A stretch of DNA of 43,392 bases, from assembly GCA_032718475.1 (NCBI GenBank), contig JAUCBJ010000749.1:1-43392 (forward strand), read 5' to 3'. Numbering within the stretch: position 1 is the stretch's first letter; each line of letters begins with the position of its first letter. Shown piece by piece: positions 36,121 to 43,392 of the stretch. A program made the position numbers and the translations under genes. This DNA is from Nemertoderma westbladi (taxonomy: Eukaryota > Animalia > Xenacoelomorpha). Below the pieces are notes generated by a model. It searched no databases. It had not been told where the DNA came from and worked only from the letters and a program-made list of their open reading frames with translations.

Positions 36121-37483
36121 ATGTGGAGACACCGATGCCCTTGTCCCAGAAACGAAGGGAGCTCAAAGAAATTCATTTATGAAAGCAAACTTCTCAAACC
36201 ATGTTCTATTCTTGGTGGAAGTGAGAAGTTGCATGAGATTATTAGCGTAATGAAGACAGATAACATAACTGCAGCTGTAATGTCTGATAATCTTATTCTA
36301 CAATACGGAAGGAAATTGGCGAATAAATTTGGCCATAATGTCGATCAACACCGATTTGTTCGGGACAAATTGAGGGAGATTGGGCGTCTCTTAATAGGAT
36401 TACGATCATACAATAATTCCCCAGGTGCGGCACTAAGTGAATACATCGACCCAATGAAAATCTCACTTGTTATTAATACAGTGCATTCTTTGGCAGGATT
36501 CAATTCCCATGACCATACATTGAAGGTTCCAACTCTGGCCCTCAAACTAGGACATGCTGTGAAGAAATGTGCGGTAATTGTGAAAGGTAATGCCATAGAA
36601 GTTGGCAACATTCCCGAAATAGAAAATACTGAAAGATTTCTACAAATTTGCGCATTAAGGTGGCCTGAGTTTGTGTCATCTCACGCCCTAAGGACTCTAG
36701 ATGAAAAGAAGCGCAATAAGACGTTAATCTTACCTTCCACTGATAGCGTAGTTACCCTATGCGAATACCTACAGGAGAATATAAAGTACCACTCTGAAAT
36801 GCTAAATCGGGCCATCGATGTAAAGTCAAATTGGGAATGTCTCAACGAACTTGTTTTGGCATATCTTATTGTCTTTAACAGGCGTAGAGAGGGTGAAGTT
36901 TCTCGCATGCATGTCACAGATTTTAACAAACGGCATTGTGGAACCGAATTTCCCGATATTGAGAATCTGAGTCAATTTGAACAAGGACTTTGTAGTCTCT
37001 ATGAAGTGATTGACATCATTGGGAAACGTGGTAGACCTGTACCTGTGTTGCTTAGTAATGAACTGACAGAAGCCATTGAAAGATTAATACTTTACAGAGG
37101 TGAAGCTGGGGTAAATAAGAGCAACCTATTTCTGTTCCCTCGTTCAAATCAAGGAAGTAGTATCCATATACGAGGTTATGACTGCATTAGAAAATATGCA
37201 AAGAAGGCAGAAGTGCAAAATCCAGCTTCCCTGACCTCAACCAACTTACGAAAGCACATCGCAATAAATGTTCAAATGCTTAACCTTTCGGAACGAGAAC
37301 TGGACCTTCTGGCGGATTTCATGGGACACGACATTCGAGTCCATAGACAATTTTACAGACTACCTGATAAAATCCAAAGGGTGACAAAGCTCGCTCAACT
37401 GTTTAAGGTTATGGAGGAGGGCAAGTTAAGGAACTTCGCTGGAGGGAATCTTGATGATCTTCTACATGATCATAGTGATCCAG
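36121..37483 (+). CDS. Tyrosine recombinase gene, exon carrying the whole catalytic domain (5' end probably truncated)
   Basis: FNRRREGEVS (Arg), IIGKRGRPVP (Lys), STNLRKH (Arg), FMGHD (His), FYRLP (Tyr) in tyrosine-recombinase order; strong donor CAG|GTAAGT at 37483. Confidence 0.88.
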
Positions 37484-37654
37484 GTAAGTAGTACCCTTTG
37501 TTGGTTTTGAATTCAATTAAGGTCATCTCATGACTCACGTTTATTGTTTTGGTTGATATAATCTTCCACTGAACCTGTTCCTTCAATGTTCCTCAATGTT
37601 CCTGTTCCACAATTTGTTTTTAGCATCTTCGATGCAGGTTCGATTATTTATGGC

Positions 37655-38103
37655 AGTAGTAGTACAGTACCAGTACTCTTATATGGGAGTCCATGCACAG
37701 AGATACCAAATCTCTGGTTGGCACTTTCACAAGAATGTTGCGCCGTGTTTATTGTGTCAAGTATAATGTACACATTTCCAATAAGACTCTGTACAACATT
37801 AGATGTGCTCCATCAATCTCCCCTAGCATGACACTCGAACGAAACCGCCTCCGCTTTTCAGGACATTGCTTTCGCCGTGCAGGACCAGCCAGTGTATAAT
37901 ATTGTACTTTGGCAGTCTCATGGAGTGAATAAGCATGGTGGACAGCTCATGACTTTCATGAAACGCATCTTAAAGGACGCTGGCCTTGAAGATGCGGATG
38001 ATCTAGCAAATGTCATGTGTGATAGGGAGTTGTGGCGGAGTAATTTTGTCAACAAGCCGGCAAAGCATTCTTAATATACATGCAATGCAGCATGCCGATC
38101 GTA
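37655..38103 (+). mobile_element. RTE 3' fragment in recombinase intron 1
   Basis: Same family as 32838-34335 (GTFTRMLRRV...RLRFSGHCFR; ends GCATGCCGATC). Confidence 0.88.
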
Positions 38104-39060
38104 GAATTTAGCATAAATTCGAGTATAAATTGTTGTGGAGGCTGTACTGATTAATGTAATATAGAAAATGAGACATTCCTCTATCAAATTTTTTCACATA
38201 AATAATTTCGTAATAATTGATGAGAAGTTAACATTGAAATCTTTAAAATCTTTTATCATTAAAATCATTAAAATCTTTGCCTTTTACCAAATGATTATTA
38301 ATCATAATTAATTATGTCCTCCGTCATTTTTCAACCAATTTTCTTCATTTTTGGCTAATTCGAACGAGCTTTGGAAGCTTTGGAAGTTTTGGAAGTTATC
38401 TTATGGAATTTTAATAAATATTATCATTTTTTGTAAATAGCCAATTTTAATTGAAAATATGATTAATTAAATTAATTAATTAAAATAAAATAGCTAATTA
38501 AAAATTATATAAGATAACTTTTGTAGAGTCCATGACACTGAGTCCAAAAAACTTGGTTTCAAGGAACCAAGATTGAGGGATTAGGGGCAATTTTAGTGAA
38601 TCTTTAATTCCACTACCAGCCGCTAGGGGGAGGCTATAAATTTTCAAATTTTCCTATAGAGGCTATTTGACCTTCCACAAAGTGGTTCGCCATGATAAAA
38701 TAGCAACATTATCATTTACCACTAATTGACATTTTAAAAAAAGGTTCATGGGGGGTACCCCCCACCCCCCCCCCCCCCCCCCCTTAATTTAGCAATGTAA
38801 GAAATTGATTAATCAACACATAGTTAAGTGTTAGCCTACTTTGCACACAAGTAAATACTGTATAAATATTGCAAAATATATAATATATATTATTAAAACA
38901 GAAATAGAATTGAAATAAACATAAATTAAAAATATATATTAATACAAAATAATATTAAATAGAGTATATATTAATACAATATAATATTAAATAGAGTATA
39001 TATTAATACAATATAATATTAAATATATAATATTAATATTAAAATAGTATAGTATAGTAT

Positions 39061-39360
39061 ACTACTACTACTACTACTACTACTAGGATCGGCATGCTGC
39101 ACTGCAGCTGCATTTTTAAGAATGCTGTGCCGGCTTGTCAACAAAATTGCACCGCCACAACTCCCTATCACCCATGACATTTGCTAGATCATCCGCATCT
39201 TTAAGGCCAGTGTCCTTTAAGATGCGTCTCAAGAAAGCCATGGGCTGTCCACCATGCTTATTCACTCCATGAGGCTGCCAAAGTACAAGATTATGCACTG
39301 GCTGGTCCTCACGGCGAAAGCAATGTCCTGCAAAGCGGAGGCGATTTTGTCCTAGTGTCT
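39061..39360 (-). mobile_element. RTE 3' fragment with (TAG)n tail, inserted in a TATAG tract
   Basis: Near-identical to 32845-33100; (TAC)n at 39061-39084; AGTAT repeats on both sides. Confidence 0.9.
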
Positions 39361-39365
39361 ATACT

Positions 39366-39983
39366 ATATAGTATAGTATAGTATAGTATAGTATAGTATA
39401 GTATAGTTAGTATAGTATAGTATAGTATAGTATAGTATAGTATAGTATAGTATAGTATAGTATAGTATAGTATAGTATAGTATAGTATAGTATAGTATAG
39501 TATAGTATAGTATAGTATAGTATAGTATAGTATAGTATAGTATAGTATAGTATAGTATAGTATAGTATAGTATAGTATAGTATAGTATAGTATAGTATAG
39601 TATAGTATAGTATAGTATAGTATAGTATAGTATAGTATAGTATAGTATAGTATAGTATAGTATAGTATAGTATAGTATAGTATAGTATAGTATAGTATAG
39701 TATAGTATAGTATAGTATAGTATAGTATAGTATAGTATAGTATAGTATAGTATAGTATAGTATAGTATAGTATAGTATAGTATAGTATAGTATAGTATAG
39801 TATAGTATAGTATAGTATAGTATAGTATAGTATAGTATAGTATAGTATAGTATAGTATAGTATAGTATAGTATAGTATAGTATAGTATAGTATAGTATAG
39901 TATAGTATAGTATAGTATAGTATAGTATAGTATAGTATAGTATAGTATAGTATAGTATTATTATATTATAATAGTATAGTATA
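39366..39983. repeat. (TATAG)n pentanucleotide microsatellite, ~120 units
   Basis: Directly visible. Confidence 0.98.
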
Positions 39984-40049
39984 TTATTTTCAAATGTTAT
40001 AGTAATTTTTATTATAATAACTAGGTCTACTTCATATTATTAATTACAG

Positions 40050-40163
40050 GTGATGTGGAAATTGGAACAACAGACTCGGAAGATGAGGAGCCGGCAAAGG
40101 AATCATCACCATTAATCCAAAATCGCAAACCAACTAAATCAACGCCATTCCCATCAAAGAAAG
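40050..40163 (+). CDS. Tyrosine recombinase gene, exon 2 (acidic/basic linker)
   Basis: ttacag| ... G|gtaata, 114 bp phase 1/1, in frame: GDVEIGTTDSEDEEPAKESSPLIQNRKPTKSTPFPSKK. Confidence 0.75.
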
Positions 40164-40439
40164 GTAATAAATATTCTTAAAATTCTTAAGAGTAAAAATC
40201 CTTAAGATTCAATAAATTGTAAATGAATCTTTAAATTAATCGCTGCTGAATTAATTAATTAAATAATTTTAATTAATAAACTACATAAAATAGTAAAATA
40301 TGTAGATTAATATTAAAAAAAAATAAAAATAAATTTTGGATACATAACAGACTGTTTACTACAACCCTGTAGTGTCAATATAATAAATCACATGTTCTAA
40401 CAATGTAGCGTCATTACAATAAAGTAATTTTCCTTGCAG

Positions 40440-40663
40440 TGGATGTGCGAAAGAAATTGGAAAGCAAAGATGTTGTACGAAAACCGTGGAGTTTGGCGGA
40501 GAAAGAACTAGTGAAAGAACTTAACAACCACGGAAATAAACTTCCGGGAAAGGCTGAGATATTACAACTGAAAGATAAATATCCTGAGCTAGGAAGCCGA
40601 TCATGGCGGAACATAAAAGATTTCTGCCGTAATAAACAACGAAACAAACTCAAATTTAACTGA
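40440..40663 (+). CDS. Tyrosine recombinase gene, last exon (Myb/SANT-like domain)
   Basis: ccttgcag|, in frame; RKPWSLAEKE...LPGKAE...RSWRNIKDFCRN* has Myb/SANT-like W-S-x-x-E and R-S-W-x-x-I-K pattern. Confidence 0.78.
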
Positions 40664-40677
40664 AATTGATTGTCTCG

Positions 40678-40930
40678 ATTCCCGTCAAGGAAGTTTTAAC
40701 TACATTAATAACTGACATTATTTTAATGACAATATATTAACTGGCATTATTGTAGTAGTACTGTATAATAGTGTATAATAGTGTATATTCCATAAATCTG
40801 GATACCCGTCGGGAAGGTTTAACTAACAATAATAACTGATATTATTTTAATGACAATATTTTAACTGGTATTATTGTAGTAGTACGTAGTATATTCCATA
40901 AATTTTGTTTCCCGTATAGGAAGGTTTAAC
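40678..40930. repeat. ~115-125-bp tandem repeat (2 and a partial copies) in recombinase 3' flank
   Basis: CCCGT..GGAAG.TTTAAC...ATTATTTTAATGACAATAT...TATTCCATAAAT repeated. Confidence 0.8.
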
Positions 40931-41446
40931 AAATATTAATTTGAGTTTAGTATAAGAACAAGTTTAGTACATTACATTAGTAGTATTTCATGTATCCATA
41001 AATATTTTTAGTCAGATTATAATTAAAAATAAATTTCGAAGAACGTTGGAATAAAAGAATTAGATTTCATTGTTAATTTAATTTTTAATTCATTGTCTAA
41101 TGCTGAGACTATTGCAAAAACTACTTGTAGAAAGATATGGCGGTGTATATATTGTACTCAGTTTGTATAAATATTTTTGGTTCTGTCACCCTCATTTATA
41201 ATCAAATACAAAACGGGGACATATTTGTCAACCACCACAGAGTGTTATAACGGGGACATTTTATACACAAAAGTAACACAAACAATATCCGCAAGTTTAA
41301 CACAAACTGTGGACATGAAGCTGTTCAACTGAAAATTTGGAAATATATAAAATAAAACCCGCTGAATCGATTTTAGCTGTAAAACAGACCGGGGACGTCC
41401 CCGTTTTGCAGTATGTCCCCGGTATGTGGGTCAAATTTATGATGTG

Positions 41447-41466
41447 TGTCCCCTATTTACACGAGT

Positions 41467-41556
<90 letters not shown>

Positions 41557-41581
41557 GGGTGAAAGGTGTAAATCGGGGACA
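41447..41581. repeat. (CA)n tract (41472-41556) bracketed by 25-bp imperfect inverted repeats
   Basis: Left TGTCCCCTATTTACACGAGTCACCC (41447-41471); reverse complement of right arm (41557-41581) TGTCCCCGATTTACACCTTTCACCC; 21/25 identical. Confidence 0.9.
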
Positions 41582-41974
41582 TCCCTTTGTTACAAACAAA
41601 CCGAGACCACCTTTCAAATTCATTATTTTTGACAATATACTTTTGAAAATATTATATTCTTTATCGCTATAAAATTTCCTATCTACCCTATATCCTTTGA
41701 TTGACCCAATCACCGTTTTTCCAAACACGCACTTCACCTTAAAACCGGGGACTCACCACGTCGGAGGGAATACACATATGTGTATAATTGTGTTAAATCT
41801 TGGTATGATATAAACAATACAAAACGGGACATTTTACATTTGACAAGCATATTTCATTACTCAAATAAGATATCCATCCCTGAATATTACCAAAGCCTCA
41901 TTACTATTATTCAGCATGATCTTGAAAATATTATTTACATTATTGTCATAATTTAAAGCTATGATTGCAGTTTT

Positions 41975-42425
41975 TCTGCAAACCCGCGGGTGTACATACA
42001 ATTCGGGGACATATTGTATTTCGTTCAATGATTCACGTAGATAGTGGCGGATATTGACCGCAACGCCTTCTTGAGCTGGAGCTATGGTATAGTATATGTC
42101 GATGCTAGTTTTAGCAGGTCTGGATAACTTTGCTCCCCGCCCTCCATATTTTGACAGTGTGCCTTTTGGCTGATATTTATTATGATATCGAAAACATTTA
42201 TTTCATTTGTCAAATTTTAAGGCTATTATTACAGTGCAAACCCGCGGATGTGCATAAAACTCGGGGACATATTGTATTTGGTTCAATGCATTCACCATAG
42301 CAGCAATACGCCTTTTTAGTGCAGGAGCCATGGTATTCTGTATTTCAATGCTTGTTGTAGCAGCTTTGGATAATATTCACCACCCTCCATATTTTACCGG
42401 CGTCTTTTAATTAATAATATGATAT
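41975..42425. repeat. Diverged ~250-bp tandem duplication, each unit with CGGGGACATATTGTATTT
   Basis: GCAAACCCGCGG...CGGGGACATATTGTATTT.GTTCAATG and CCCTCCATATTTT each occur twice. Confidence 0.8.
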
Positions 42426-43392
42426 AGATAAAATTATTTACATCTAAATGTTTTACCCCAAATAAGTTTATAAATAGCACAAACGGCCAGTGTAAAAGAT
42501 CTATCCGGCAAATTGGAAAAAAAACGCTTTCTGTGAATCCTATATAAAGTTTTCATTTTTGTCTGGCAACAACCTATAAACTAGAAAGACTGCTTCTGTT
42601 TGGTCGTCCAATGGAAAGATATAAGTAGTAATGTACTAATGTACAATAATACTAATTTCTACTATATATAAAAAATAGATTTAAAAAATAAGTAGAGAGG
42701 TTGGAGAATATTATTAAAGGATCACATTGTTAGCTATCGATATTTATTTTCGGGCGTATAGCAGTTTGTTAACGAGGGGCTATTTTAATTTCGAGTGTTG
42801 CTAAAGACTAACCCTCGCGTAAAAACCTGGCTCTTTCCAGAGTGTAGGGAATTTTAGATTCTTTTGCTATTTATACTAAATTAGAATTTAATTAGAAAAT
42901 TAGAATTACATTAGAATTTTAGATTCTATTACACTAGTACTACTCATTAAAGATCTGACAATAGGCCTACGACTTTTTTTAACGTTAATATACTGTACAT
43001 ACAATATTGCAATGTTCTAGAGTTAATATATGGAAATAATAATAATAATAATATTGGTTATTTATATAGCGCTTTTCTACGCTCATCATACTCAAAGCGC
43101 TTTTATTATAATTACCCCAGCAAAGCCAGGTTCCCATTATACCGCTGGGTTGGCGTTGGCATTAATGTCTAAAGTGTCTTGCCCAGGGACACAACAGTGC
43201 GAAATTTCCTGAAGTTTTCCAAATAACCTGAAGCGAATAAAACTGAATAATCACTGATGCCGTTCCAGAAGCAAATTAACCTGTATAATTACCGAGGCCG
43301 CAGGCCGAGGTTATTATATTAGGTTATTGTTAATTTTCGCATATTGCTTCGGAAACTAGGTAAAATTATAATCGTATAATTTAAAAAAAATG

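Noticed and set aside
36121-37491. DIRS retrotransposon or bacterial/phage integrase contamination
   Set aside because: Neighbouring RTs are RTE LINEs, no DIRS RT/RH or split repeats; gene has spliceosomal introns.
41337-41737. His-Thr / Cys-Val repeat ORFs
   Set aside because: Translation of the (CA)n tract.

Overview
Eukaryotic (bilaterian invertebrate-like, AT-rich, spliceosomal introns) genomic window. Host genes: the 3' eleven coding exons of a divergent class-I myosin (Myo1c/Myo61F-like, + strand, 5650-14572) and, convergent with it, the last three coding exons (M2-M4) of a Cys-loop GABA-A alpha/Grd-like receptor subunit (- strand, 28412-30624). Between them sits a very young, structurally complete but pol-less BEL/Pao-like LTR element (17099-24774, GTGAA TSD) encoding one large, mostly disordered Gag-like protein followed by ~1.8 kb of tandem short stem-loops. 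The upstream intron of the receptor gene carries nested RTE LINE copies and a three-exon tyrosine-recombinase + C-terminal Myb/SANT-like gene (36121-40663), downstream of which a (CA)n tract is bracketed by 25-bp inverted repeats and surrounded by many CGGGGACA motifs: a candidate att-like site of a microsatellite-targeting, tyrosine-recombinase mobile element. Also present: 34-bp and 32-bp minisatellites, (TATAG)n, tRNA-derived SINEs. All calls are from reading the sequence; no database searches were run.
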